Origin: Piromyces finnis finn
Taxonomy: Eukaryota; Fungi; Neocallimastigomycota
Length of the DNA stretch: 64,000 bases
Direction: 5' to 3'
Assembly: GCA_002104945.1 (NCBI GenBank)
Contig: MCFH01000008.1
Coordinates: 558,001 to 622,000 of the forward strand
Shown here: positions 11,724 to 25,165 of the stretch, in pieces
Layout: each line of letters begins with the position of its first letter
How positions within the stretch are numbered: the stretch's first letter is position 1
Notes under the pieces: generated by a model
Seen by the model: only the letters and a program-made list of their open reading frames with translations
What the model was told of the DNA's origin: nothing
Database searches by the model: none
Made by a program: the position numbers and the translations under genes

Positions 11724-14700
11724 ATGATTGTATCGTCAGTAGATAATATTACACAAATAAAAAATAGTAGTAATAACAACAATAATGACATTTTATTCGA
11801 AGAAACTCTAACATTATTAAAAACAAAAACAAAAACATATAATGTAATTTCAAAAAAACGAAATTGGTCTATATTATTCAAAATATATTATAGCATAACA
11901 TATAAAATATATAATAACATGAATTTATGAATTAAATAAAATTTAATATATAAATATATTATTTAACAGAATAATTTACCATTCACGAAATTTCTTGATA
12001 AAACAATTATTTATTTTCACATAAATGTAAATCACCCACTAAGAAATTTCATAGGTTCATTTCCATTTTTTCTATTAATTGATAATGTAAAATATTTAAA
12101 TTTATATTTCATAATATTTAATTGCATTATATATTAATACATTAATATTACTAAATAAGAATGGTAATATCATATTTTATTTATTTATTTATTTATTTAT
12201 TTGGATTCTTTTCTATAATATTATCTCCACAGGATATTGATATTCAAATTACAAAGGATAATAGTATTACTATTGGAACAAATTCACAATATAACAAAAC
12301 TAACGAGGTAATGAAATATCAGTACCAAATAATATATTATAAATAATTAAATATTATACTAAAAATACTTTTATTATATAATATTTTTAATACTTTAATA
12401 ATAATATTGGATTTATATTAAAGAATGATAATTATTATATCCACTCTTCCACTAGTAAATTTGAGCCAGTAGAATATGATTTTTCAAGGTATTTTTTAGT
12501 ATATATAAAAATAAATAATGATTTTTATCTAAAAAGTATTTATAATTCCCCATTATATAGATATATATTATCATTATACTCAGTAGTTTATAACAAAAAT
12601 TATGATAATACAATACCTTTCTACTGCTATTGTAAAAAAATATCCAAAAATAATAAAAATTCTTTGAATAAGTTCTATTTAGGAATCCATCATGAAATAA
12701 GTTCATCTAATGGTAAATTTAAAATATTTATTCCATTACTATCGTAAAATGATTTTGTATATATTGAGAAATGATTAATATAATTTTTAAATATTATTAA
12801 CTCTTCATATACAATGAAATATATAATTAAAGTTGGCAGGTTTTATATTACAGAAATAATGAATAATGGTACATTTCAATATAATAAAGACATAAAAGAA
12901 AATAAATTTGAATTACAAATATCAAATATTTTAAATAATACCTATAGTCAAGATGATATAATTAATAATAAAGTAATTATAAATAAATATAAATTATAGC
13001 AATAACATCATTTTTAATACCAGAAATCATTAATAATATAAAATTAAAATAATAAAATAATAGGTCAAAGGATATATTACTTCAACTTATGATATATTAA
13101 ATTATAATGATAATGTTTCGGTAGAATCACGATAAACGAAAAAAAATATTATTTTTTATATTAATATAACTACATTTACTAAAATATATATAAATCATTA
13201 TATGGTATATTAAAATATTAAAATTAATGAAAAAAAAAAAAAAAAAAGAACAGTAGTACTATTAAATTAAAAGCAACTTGGGAAAATATTCAAAATCTAC
13301 TTAGTAAACCAAGTTCATCAGCTGATATATCTTTAGTAAATATATAAGATATTTCTCTTCCTTTTATATATTTTAAACTAAACATGATTAGGTTTATAAT
13401 TAACTATAAATTTTATTTAAATATTTATGTAATATTATATATAATAATTTTAATAGTTTATTAATTGCTACAATGGAGAAATAGATCAGAAAAATCACAT
13501 CCTAACACAAAATTTACTAAGAGAGCTTCATAAATTAGAGGAATGGAATAGAATAAGAAAAGGGGAAAAATGGATCACCACTCAACCATTAAATATTTCC
13601 CATAAAGTAGATTCTTTTTTAAATAGTATAAAAGACGAAAGTTATACAAAATCATCAACTGATAAAATAGATGAAAAATTACAAAATTTAAATATCTCAT
13701 CAATCCTAGTCCCAAGAAAAAATCTTGATTTTACAGATAAATTATGGACTTTTTTAATAAGTAATATAAATATAAGTATTATTATTATGAAATTGCATTA
13801 AATAATTATTTAAACAATGAAATTCTATTATTTAAAAAAATTAAAGATTCCTCAAGTAGCAAAGATTTAAATGATGCTTTTACAGTTATTTTAGAAGAAC
13901 TTGAAACATTCAGATTACAACCTATGGTAACTAATACATTCAAACATATAAAAAGTCATTACATAATTATTCCCAACAATTATATTAATATAATTGTTAG
14001 TATAGTTTTCTTTGTTGTTAGTAACATTATTATTTCTATAATGAATTATATATAAAAAGGTTAATAAATCAAATACTTCGAAATTTGCTAATGTCATTAG
14101 AAGTTGCATAAAAATAGTCCACACTCAAACATCTTCTGATATAGAAGAACAAAAAGAAGCAATACTAGAAACCTTTAATTTATGGCAAAAGCAACCCATG
14201 GATTGTTTAGTAGATATTGGTATATGGAAACTTAAAAGAGATTATTGTCATTATTTAATTGGTAAATACAATAATAATTAAATAATTAATAGTAATAGAA
14301 AATAATAAAAATTAATTTTTTATATATTATTATATAAAAATTACATAAAATAATATATAAAGAAAATGAATTAATAAGTTTGACAGAGTTGGTAATATTT
14401 ATATATAATTCTATTGAGCTAAAATTAAATATAAAGTTAACACAATATTACTCTTTTTTAACTAAATAATTAAATTGATCTTATTAACATTAGTATACTT
14501 AAAAATTGACCTTTTTTCTTGTTGTATATTTATCTTAAAAGGAACCTTTCATAGATTCATCCTTAGAATTAGATGAACAAATAAACAATTTAAAAATACT
14601 TCATCGAATTACCGAATTGTGGGTATTGATATCAAATCAAATTCATTCAATGCCACATGAAATCAACAGAAAAATAGTTCAAAAAGTGGCTAGAGAGCTA

Positions 14701-15089
14701 AAAAATAATCATCATAAATTACCTGACAATATGAAATTTATTGTAAATTTCCCATCAATAAATAGTAACACTATAAAAATTGTAAATTCTTTAACAAAAT
14801 GGTATATATAGAATTTTTTTTTTCATATATTATTAAATAGACTTATTATATTACATAATAGTTCTTATATATAAACATATCAACTACTTTTTTTTTTCCC
14901 TCTACTATAAAAAATTAATATAGTTTCAAACCCTCATCTTGGACAATCAAAATAATTAATAACGAAAATAACAATACTTTAACTAATTCGTTCAAAAAAA
15001 AGAATCCAATTATTATATACCAACTCTGTAAAGAAGAAAATGAGAATAATCTATTTATGGAAGATAATAATGCAAATAAAAGTAAATAA
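11724..15089 (+). CDS. ZWILCH: Zwilch, subunit of the RZZ kinetochore complex; multi-exon
   Basis: Exons at 13.5-15.0 kb give RKNLDFTDKLWTFLI...DLNDAFTVILEELETFRLQP...NKSNTSKFANVI...PMDCLVDIGIWKLKRDYCHYLI...LELDEQINNLKILHRITEL...KPSSWTIKI, matching Zwilch motifs (LDFAEQLW, LLEIGLDKLKKDY, EQV.RVQKLHHILE, KPQKWRVEI). The N-terminal exons and start codon are less certain. Confidence 0.75.
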
Positions 15090-15152
15090 CTAAAAATAAT
15101 AAATACTTTTAAATTAAAAAAAAAAAAAAAAAAATTAAATACTAAAATATAC

Positions 15153-15184
<32 letters not shown>

Positions 15185-15835
15185 CATTAACTTTTTTATT
15201 ACATATGTCTATCTATTTATATAAAAAAAAAAAAAAACGAAGAAAATGATATATCTATAACTAAAAGCTTATATTCAAATTCATGTTATCGTAAAATAAG
15301 TGCAAAACAAATGCCATTTATGTAAATATAAAAATAAAGAGAGTTTTTTTTAATAAAAAAAAAATCATCTTGGTATCAATTGTATCAATGTTTTAAGAAG
15401 GATATTATTAATGGTTTTCTTTCCTCTTAAATTAATTTTGAAATATCTAATAATATTGAAACCTATATCATTAATAACAATAATAATAAAACATCATTCT
15501 ATTCATCTAAATCAAAACGATAAAATAGATTAATTAGATGATTTTAATTTTCTTTTAGCTAATTAATATGTGTATAATAAAAAATATATATATACTTAAG
15601 ATTGTTGTAATAATATAATAGCATGTTTTCAAATTTGTTTGTTTTTATTATATATATATATCTCAAAAGAAAAATATTTAATATTTAATTTTTTTATATA
15701 TGCATATAAATGTATATCAAAATGTTATGATAACTTATTTTATTATATAAATATATTTTTTATTTTTAGCCATTTTTTGAATAATATTTACATATAAAAA
15801 TTATATAATATCTGGTTATAATTTTTTTTATTTCT

Positions 15836-17526
15836 TTAATAGCCAAGAGAATTAAGAATAGTTTCTATTCCATCTTTCTTAATTAACTCGGAATCCTCCA
15901 TTGATTTAACTAAAACCATACCAGCAAAACCTAAAGAATTAACTGAAATTCTTTCATTATAAGTTTCTTTACTTCTTGGAACAATTAACATCCATTTTGT
16001 GGTACAAATGAAGTTATAAGAGGAATTAGATGGAACAATATTTAATAATGAATTATAGTAATTTAATAAGTCTTCAGCTGTAATTTTTTTATCTTCTGGG
16101 AAGAGAACACAACCATGCTTTAATTTATATTGTGAAATTTGAAAAATCTTTCCTATATATAAAAATTGTACAGCTTATTAATACAATGAAAATAATATTT
16201 ATTCTATATTGTATTATATTGGTAAATTTATGAAAATACATTTTTTTTTTTTTTTTTATTTTTATTTTATTTTATTTTATTGTATATATACCTTTTTCAA
16301 TAGTTTGACCTTCTTCGATAATAATTCTATTAACTGGTGGCATATCTTTAATATCTTTATCAATAGCAAGAATTTGAAGATGCTTATGAGGTTGACTTTT
16401 ATTATTGTTATTTCCCATATAAAGTTTAAAATATATAATCAAAGTATTAATCCACTATTATATACAATATATACAATGAAATATATTTATTTGCAATATC
16501 TACCTAGCACCAGAATTGGTACCGCAGTTAAAAAAAGCAAGTTCAGTATAATTATCCTTTTTAATTGAATTAAGAGTCCACAACATACTTTCTAAATCAT
16601 GTATATTTAAAGGATCTTGTTGACTTTGGAAATCTATTTTTATTATATAATAAATAAATATATATATATATATATAAAACTAATTAATATAAAGTCTTTA
16701 TCAATTTTTAATGAATTTTACATAATATATAGATTCATTAATATAATATATATATTTATATTAAAAATACTAATAATTCTAACATAATATAAAAATCATT
16801 ATGGTATTAAGAAATATATTAATTGTTTATCCTTACCTACGGTTGTAAGTAGAATATGATATTTGATAACACTAAATTTATTTAATAAAACATTGTGAAG
16901 GTTATTTGGAGTCTTTTGAATATACAAATTCTCATCATATGGTAAAAATGGATTAAATTTACTTTTTGAAGTATCTTTTTGAGTTGGTTTCTTCTTTAAA
17001 GATGGAAGACATCTGATTTGGTACTAATCACATAAATTTTACATAGTACATTCAATAGTATGTTATGTTATAAATAATAGAAAAGTAATTAAATATAGAA
17101 TATTTATATTAATAAAACAATAGATAGAAATAAATATATATATAAATATATAACTTTTAATAATTTCAAAATCTGAGGTTTGAATTATTTTTTTTTTTAA
17201 TGTTCTTGTTTTTTATCTTATTTTTATTTCAAATGTTTATATTTATATATATATATATATATATACATTATTTTATTTTATTCTTTAAAAACTGTATTTT
17301 TTTTCTTTTATTTTTTTTTTCTATTTTTTATTTTGAACTTTTAAATCATTGAAAAAAAAAATTTTTTATTTTATATATATATAACATAAATATATAAAAT
17401 GGTAAATACATTTATTTTATTTATTTGAAGTCTCTCTTCAACTGAGGGAATAAAAGTTAAAAATTCAGAACTTAAAGCTTTTTCAAAGACTTCAGCTACT
17501 TTTGTAATCAATGAACTATCTGCCAT
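15836..17526 (-). CDS. Ap4A phosphorylase / ATP adenylyltransferase (APA1/APA2 family), multi-exon
   Basis: ATG at 17526 (MADSSLITKVAEVFEKAL). Motifs FNPFLPYDENLYI, LLNKFSVIKYHILLTT, AFFNCGTNSGA..PHKHLQ and SYNFICTTKWMLIVPRS...ISVNSLGFAGMVLVK. TAA at 15838-15836. Confidence 0.9.
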
Positions 17527-17749
17527 TATTACACAGTTTTTTTTTTTTTTTTTTTTTATTCTTAATTTATAATCTATAGGACCAAATATAGTAATTATTT
17601 TTGAATATATTTAATTTAATATTTATTAAAGTTTAAATTACATGTCTGAAATTTTGATGTGGTCTATCAAAAAAAAAAAATATAATCACAACTCTATATT
17701 TAATTTATATTAAATATTGAAAATAAATTATAAATAATAATTAATATCC

Positions 17750-17759
17750 TTTGTTTTGT

Positions 17760-17790
<31 letters not shown>
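17750..17790. repeat. (TTTTG)n microsatellite
   Basis: About 8 tandem units are visible directly. Confidence 0.9.
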
Positions 17791-17791
<1 letters not shown>

Positions 17792-18113
17792 CTCATATTT
17801 ATTATCTATTTAAAAATAATATATCAATTTCTTTATATAAAAAAAAAAAAAAAAAAATTCAATAATTTAAATAAATAAAAAAGAGAATAATAAAAATAAA
17901 AAATTTATTTTTTAAAAGTTAAATATGCTTTTATCTTTTTAATTATTTATTATTACCATCTAAAAATCAAAATAATTTTACTTTTATTGTTATTTATCTC
18001 GCCTTTTATACTTTTTTTTTTTTTTTTTTTTTATTTCCCTGTAAATACTTATTGGTTTTACTTACTTATTGGTTTTTCTAAATAATTTTTATTAATTACT
18101 TTTTTAAAAAAAA

Positions 18114-18114
18114 A

Positions 18115-18171
<57 letters not shown>
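18114..18171. repeat. (AAT)n microsatellite
   Basis: Pure AAT run of about 19 units. Confidence 0.95.
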
Positions 18172-18172
<1 letters not shown>

Positions 18173-18549
18173 TATTAATGTATTATATTTTAATTTTATT
18201 ATTGAAATTGATTAATTATAAAAAAATATAATAGGATATTACATCTTCAGAAAAATATAAATTATGTATATTTGTATATTTTTGTTACTATAAATTGAAT
18301 ATTTATACTTTAAAATAATAAGAAAAAAAAAAAAATAAAAATTGGTATATTATGTAATTTGTTAATAAAAAGAATGATAAAATGAATGATATATAATTGC
18401 CTCCACTTTATAAAAGAAAAATAAAGGGTTGAATTTTTTTTTTTTTTTTTTTTTTTTTTTTGTTTGTTTGTTTGTTTGTTTGTTTGTTAAAATAATCATT
18501 ACATATGATATGCTATATATATATATTAATTAAAAATAGGTTCTTTCAA

Positions 18550-19775
18550 CTAATCTTTGAAATTTAACTTCCAACAATGTCCACAAATAACACCATTTTT
18601 TGCATATTCAGTTGGTGAAATAACCGCATTACACTGAACACATTTCTTTTTAAAAAAATAAATATATATATATATAATAAAATTAATCACTGTTTTAAAT
18701 ATGAATTATACAACAACTATGTAATAATAACATCTTAATTTACCTTTTCAAATGTACCATGATGTGCTCTTCTTGAAGATCTTAGCATACCAAATAACGA
18801 ATAATCGATTTTTGAAGATTCCGGTGAAGATGTCACACTATTAGTAGATGATGATGGAGAAAATGATAACGGACTTATTGTATTAGATTTTGAAGCTCTA
18901 GATGGTCTTCCACGTTTTCTTTTCTTTATAATAGGAGTACTTGGTGAGCTTTCTGATACTTGAGTATCATTGGACTTAACATTTGTTTGAAAAGAAACAT
19001 TTTGTTCTTTATCTGTTGATACATTGGGTTTTTCTTCTACTTTAATCTTTTTTGGTTCTTCAATTTTAATATCTTTTTTTATTTCCTTTTTAATCTCATC
19101 ATTTTCTAATTCAGTTTTAGTTTCCATTGTTGTTTTAAATACTGATTTATCTTCTTCAATACTTGATTTATACTTTGTTTCTAATGCCATATTTTCACTT
19201 TTTAAGGAAATTTTAGAAGAATCATTAATTTCATATTTTATTTCTTTTTTTGAAATATCCGGTTCTTCTTTTATTTCTGGTTTAACCTCAATTTTTATCT
19301 CTGATTTATCATCATTATCTATTATTTTTTTCTTGAATGACTTTGTTTTCTTATATACAGAATGTGCCTCTATATCTGCACCATTTTTTATTAAGGTTTG
19401 TAAATTATAACGATCTGATGTTGCATTTTCAGATGCCTTATTTTTAGTAACAATTGTTTCTATAGAATGAAGAGGATAGGATTCCTCTATACTTTCTTTT
19501 CTATCTTTAGATTTACGTTTACTACTTAATAAAGGATCATTATTTTTTCTCATGGATTTGTATTTTTCTAAATCTTCCAAATCAAAATCTTTAAATGACA
19601 AAATAGTTTCCTTTGAATTCCTTTGCCTTCTTCTTAACTATAAAATTAAATTTATTTCGTTAATAATCATATTATACATATTATATTCATTAATACTTTC
19701 ATAAAAAAATGAAATACTCTTAAAATTTTGAAAAACGCATAAATATTTGTTGAACTTCATTTGTTAGATTTTTAA

Positions 19776-19810
<35 letters not shown>

Positions 19811-22800
19811 AGCTTACCTTTATTCTTTCTTCTAATGTCAAGTCCATAAACAATGGATCCGTCTTAACAATCTCCCCAATTGCTAAATATGTATGATATA
19901 AACTATCCTTTTGATCATCCGTTTTAGAATCTGTTGAGTTTGCGTCAGAACTTTCAGAGATAGACATTTTACGTTTCTTTGATAGTTGAATTTCATTTAG
20001 ATCAATTGAAGAATTTATTGATGTTGCATGCTCTTTAGAAATAGAAGATGATAAAGAATCCTCTGGTGTTGGAAAAGCATCTTTTACAATAACCATTGAT
20101 TGAACAATGGCTGAATCACCTTTTTGTTTAATTTTACTTTTTTCAAACTCTTTTCTTTGCTTCATTTCTTCTTCTTTATTGATATAGGCATCTTCAATAA
20201 TATTGCTATTTTTATCTTTGCTTTCATCTTTATCTGTTTTTACTTTTTTATAATTCATCTTAATAGCAGGTTTTAACTGCTGATCATTAATATTTTTTCT
20301 CTTTTTTTTAGTATTTTCATCTACTTCATCTGTAAAGGAAACAACAGACGCTTTCTTTGGAAGTTCACTAAATAAAGTATTATTACCATGATTTACCGGA
20401 CCAGTAATATCCAAAAACTCATTTGTTATATCGTTATTTGGTAAGATTAAATCTACTTTAGCTTCTTGTAAATTAATACCTTTCATTTTAGATTTTGTTG
20501 AAATTGAAGAAGAGAATGACATTGAAGATATAGATGAAAGAGACGAATTATCTGAAAATAAAGAAGAAGCATCAGAAGAAGCAGAAGCTTCATTATCATC
20601 AGATGAGCAGTAATCCAATTCAGATAAAGAAGATAAATCTGAATTGAAATCATCATTGTCATCCATTCCAAGTTCATGTAACACAATATTGTCTTTACTT
20701 GAAGAATCCAAATTATCCACCATATTGCTTGAGGTAGAAATTGTATTAGATTGTAGAGGCAATGATAATGGCATGGTAACACTAGAAGAAGGTGTTTCTG
20801 GTGGTGTTTGTAATGAAGAATTCATCTTTTTATTTAATTCTTTTGGCAGTAGGTTAGTATTATTAATGAATTCATAACTAGGAATAGTTTCCATTAACTT
20901 ATCATCCGACTGTTCTATATCCTTAATCACCTTTATTTTTTCTTTATCCTTCCTTTCTAATTTTTGTCCATTATCATTATCCCTACTATCATTTGCAGTA
21001 GTAATAGTGTTAATAGTTGTATTAGTATCAGCATTAGTAATAGAATAATTAACTCCCTTTTTAATTTTATTATTCTTTTTATTTCCTGTTTTATTTTTAG
21101 TCTTTCTACCTCTACCCGAGGACTCTTTATTATTAATTACTAAATTAGTTTTTTGATTTGATGTTTCAATTCTATCATTTCCATCTGTAGATTCTATTAC
21201 TTCTTCCATTGACTTAGAGTATGTAATATCTTTAATTTGCATTGCATTTTCCTTCTTATCCTCCATTTCTTCTTTATTAAGAGTATGTTGATATTTTTTA
21301 CTAGTTGTTAATGATTTATTCGATTCTATATTATTACTATCTTTTTTATCTTTTCCCATTGTAATCTTCAATTTACTTTTTGGAATTTTAATTGGAAGAA
21401 TATTCTTGGAAAGTATCTTATCTTCATTATCAATACTTTCACCTTTTTCCAACTGATTAAAATCATTTTTTAATATTTTTGACTTCTTACTAATTGCATT
21501 ATTAGTAGCAGTATTTTGCTTATTATTAGTAGCTGCATCTATAAGAGATTTCTTAATAATAATTGAAATTTTCTTTTCCTCCGTTTCCTTTCTTGCTTTT
21601 GTAGAATCTGGTTTTTTATGACTATTTTTAATTTTAAAATCTTTATTATGGCTTCCTACAATACCATTTTTTCTCATTACTTTTGTGGTAACACTGTTTT
21701 CTTCTTTAGCTTTATTAATATGTGATGAGTTAATTTTAATAGTTGTTGAACTGCTTATTTTAGAAATGTGTTTTGATTTACTTTTACTATCTTCATTGCT
21801 ATTACTTTTGACTGTAGTCTTATTAATTTGATTATCACTTGATTTTCCACTTTTTGTTCTTGACTTACTTTTTGAACTACGACGATTTGTTTTAGTTGAT
21901 GTTAAAGAAAGAGTATCTTCTATTTGTTCAATTTCCTCATCCATTTTATTATCATTATTCTGCTCTAATATAAAAGATTCTGATGTTAAATCACTTGCTA
22001 GATCAGAATTACTTACTGAATCCAATATTTCATTTTTCACTAATTTCATATGCTCGCCATTTGACCCATCACCTAGAATCAACTCGTTATTACTTTTATT
22101 AGTTAACATGTCTTTATTATCTATACTGCTATTTTCATTATCATTTGACTTATCATTTATTATTTTAATTTGTGATTTATCTTTATTAATTTGTCTTTTT
22201 TCTATTCTTTTACTACTTTTTCTAGCTGTTTTACTCTTACGCTTATTTTCTTTTATAGTAATAGTTTCTTTCTCCTCTTGCCTATAACCGCTTAAGACAT
22301 GTTTTTCTTCCAACGTTGTTTTTTGTTTAATAGGAAAATTCAATGTGGACAATGAAGATTGATAATTGTTTAATATTTGATCAACAATGCCTGTTGAAAC
22401 TTTCTGTTCTTCCATACCTAAATTACGATTTCCATAAAAACTAGAAGGATATTGCTCATCATATTTGATTGTAGATGATGCCTTTGATCTTTCATAACCT
22501 TTATTTAATTTATCTGGGTATACTGGTAATGAATTTCTAACAGCACCATTTAATATAACATCTTCCTCAACTTTATTATCATGATTGGTCGTTATATTAT
22601 AGTTATTATTACTTATAGCGATATCAGCGTTATTATTATTATTATCTTCTTCTTCTTCATTGTTACTATTATTATTACCATCACTATTATCATTATTATT
22701 AGTATTATCAGCATTACCATTATGATCATGATTATTATTATTATTTAACTGTTGATAATTTGAAACATTCTTATTTGAATAATCACTACTTTCATTTGTT

Positions 22801-25165
22801 AAAACATTTGTTTTTGATGAATATGGTATTGTTGTAGAATTTTTGTTATTATAATTAACAGAAGTTATATTTTCAATTGGTTCATCCAATAAAGAATTTA
22901 ATTGGAACTTTATATCGCTATTTTCAAAACTTGATTTATAATTATTGTCCGTATCTTTCATTTCATAATTCAATGATGAATCAATAGAATTTCTAATATT
23001 AATTGTAGAGTTTTTGTTGCAATATGGTTTGGATTTAGAATAAAGATAGTTGTTTAAATTTGAATTTGATGAATAATAAATATTTGAGGAATTAGATTCA
23101 TGATAGGATTTCTTTTCATTTGAATATTGTGTAGTGGTTATATCTTCACTACTATTGTTATTGTTATTGTAATCCATCATCATAGAATTATGGGATTGAG
23201 ATTGTAAATGATAGGTACTTAGATTTTGTGGTGGTGACTTATAGCTACATGTTTTTAATTGAGTACTAGATAATAGATATTTATTTTCAATGTCAAATGA
23301 TTTATTAGTAGCATTGAAATCATTATTATTATGATTTGAAAGATGATTTGGTGAAGAATGGGAAGAATTATAATAAGTTTCTGATTCCGTTGATTTTTCA
23401 TAATACTTATTTTCAAAATTTGATCTGTCATTAATAACAGTACTTGATGATGACATTGTTGAATCTGACTGATTATAAGAGCTAACTGGTGCATAATGAT
23501 TCATAGGTCTATTATTGTTATCCATCGAGTTATTATTACCATTGATATTGATAATATCATTAATGTTTTTATTTTTATTAACATTATTAAAATTAATAGT
23601 AGAAATTGAAGAAGAAGAAGAAGATAGAAATTGTTTTGAAGATTGAATATTTAATTTTTTCTCTACTTGATCATTTAAGGAATATGAATTATTTTGTGAT
23701 TGATCAATAGATTGATATACTGGACTTTGAGTTTGTGATTGTGATTTATTTTTAACTAATGGAACAGATTGTTGTGAATATATTTGGGGTTGTGAATGTG
23801 ATCTTGAACGAGCATGATAATTAGATGGATAATAGGAAGAAAAATTATTTTGTGAATTAATATCTTGATATTGTGATCTCGGATTTTGATTATAGTTATA
23901 AAATGGAAATTCTTTTTCATTATTAGAATATGAATACATATTTTGTTGTGGATAATTTTTGCAATTTGCTTTATTATCTTGTACTGAATTATACGATGAA
24001 ATTTTATTAAAATTTGAATGTTGAGAATAATCATGATTTACTATTCTCTTATTCATATAATTAAATTCCTCATCTTTTATAAATTTTAAATGATATAAAA
24101 AAATAATATTTTTTATTTATATAAATAATTTAATATAATTTTAAATAATATAATTAATATAATTTAAGTATACCTTTTGTATCGCATAAATTCTGAATTG
24201 ATGTAGCTGATTTCATTTTAGCATTATTATTTTCTAATTTTTCATAATAATTATTCTTATTATTTAATGTATTGCTAGATGGTTGAAGATAAGAATTATC
24301 TCTTGAGATACTATTAGATGAATTATAATATGCCGAGTTTGTCAGTTGGCTTGATTCATTATTGTTGTTTTGGTTTGGATTTGGTTTTATGATTTTTGAA
24401 TCGTTTGCCTTTTTCGAAGAACAATCAAAAACAAAATCAAGCCAGCATTGAACATCTGAATTTATGCAAATATCATTTTTAACTTCATTTTCGTTATTGG
24501 AAAAATTACTATTAATTAAATTTGAATCTTTGACATTTTTTACCGTTACTTTTTTTTAAAAAACAAAAATATATAATTAAACAAAATTAAATAATTAGAA
24601 TAATTGCATTCGTATATACATGTTATATATATTTTCATATATAAAATATATTATGATTTGTAGCGAATATTTAAAAATAATAATTACTTTGTTTTTGAAC
24701 ATAATGTGAATTATTATTGTTGGTAGAATTATGTGAATCCAAAATATTGTTTTGATTTGAATATGTTGCTGTTAATGGCATGGCTAATATAATTATATGA
24801 AAATATTATTAATAATAAAAGAAAAGATAATAATAATTAATGTTTTATTTAATAAATTTATATTTTATATACTAATTAAAACTTACAGTTTGGATATGTT
24901 AATTCTTTCTGTATAGATGAATTCTAATTAATATGAATAAATTAGTAAATTAGTATTAATAACATTTTAATATATATACAAAATAATATAATAATACAAA
25001 ACTAAAAAATATATATTAATAAAAATTTTAATTTCATATGTATCTATTCTTACATATCTTAAGAATATATAAAAAAGCAAAATCTTCAATAAATAAAAAT
25101 ACAATTATATAGCATTAATAATATATATAATATATATTTACCATAAAATCAAAAACTTTAGCCAT
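18550..25165 (-). CDS. Large (about 2000 aa) low-complexity, probably nuclear protein with an AT-hook-like motif and a C-terminal CX2C-X15-CX2C zinc finger; no family recognised
   Basis: ORFs 19764-24056 and 18735-19601 join via GT-AG introns. Upstream micro-exons start MAKVFDFM (ATG 25165). Contains KRKRGRPSR; final exon KCVQCNAVISPTEYAKNGVICGHCWKLNFKD ends in TAG at 18552-18550. Confidence 0.65.
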
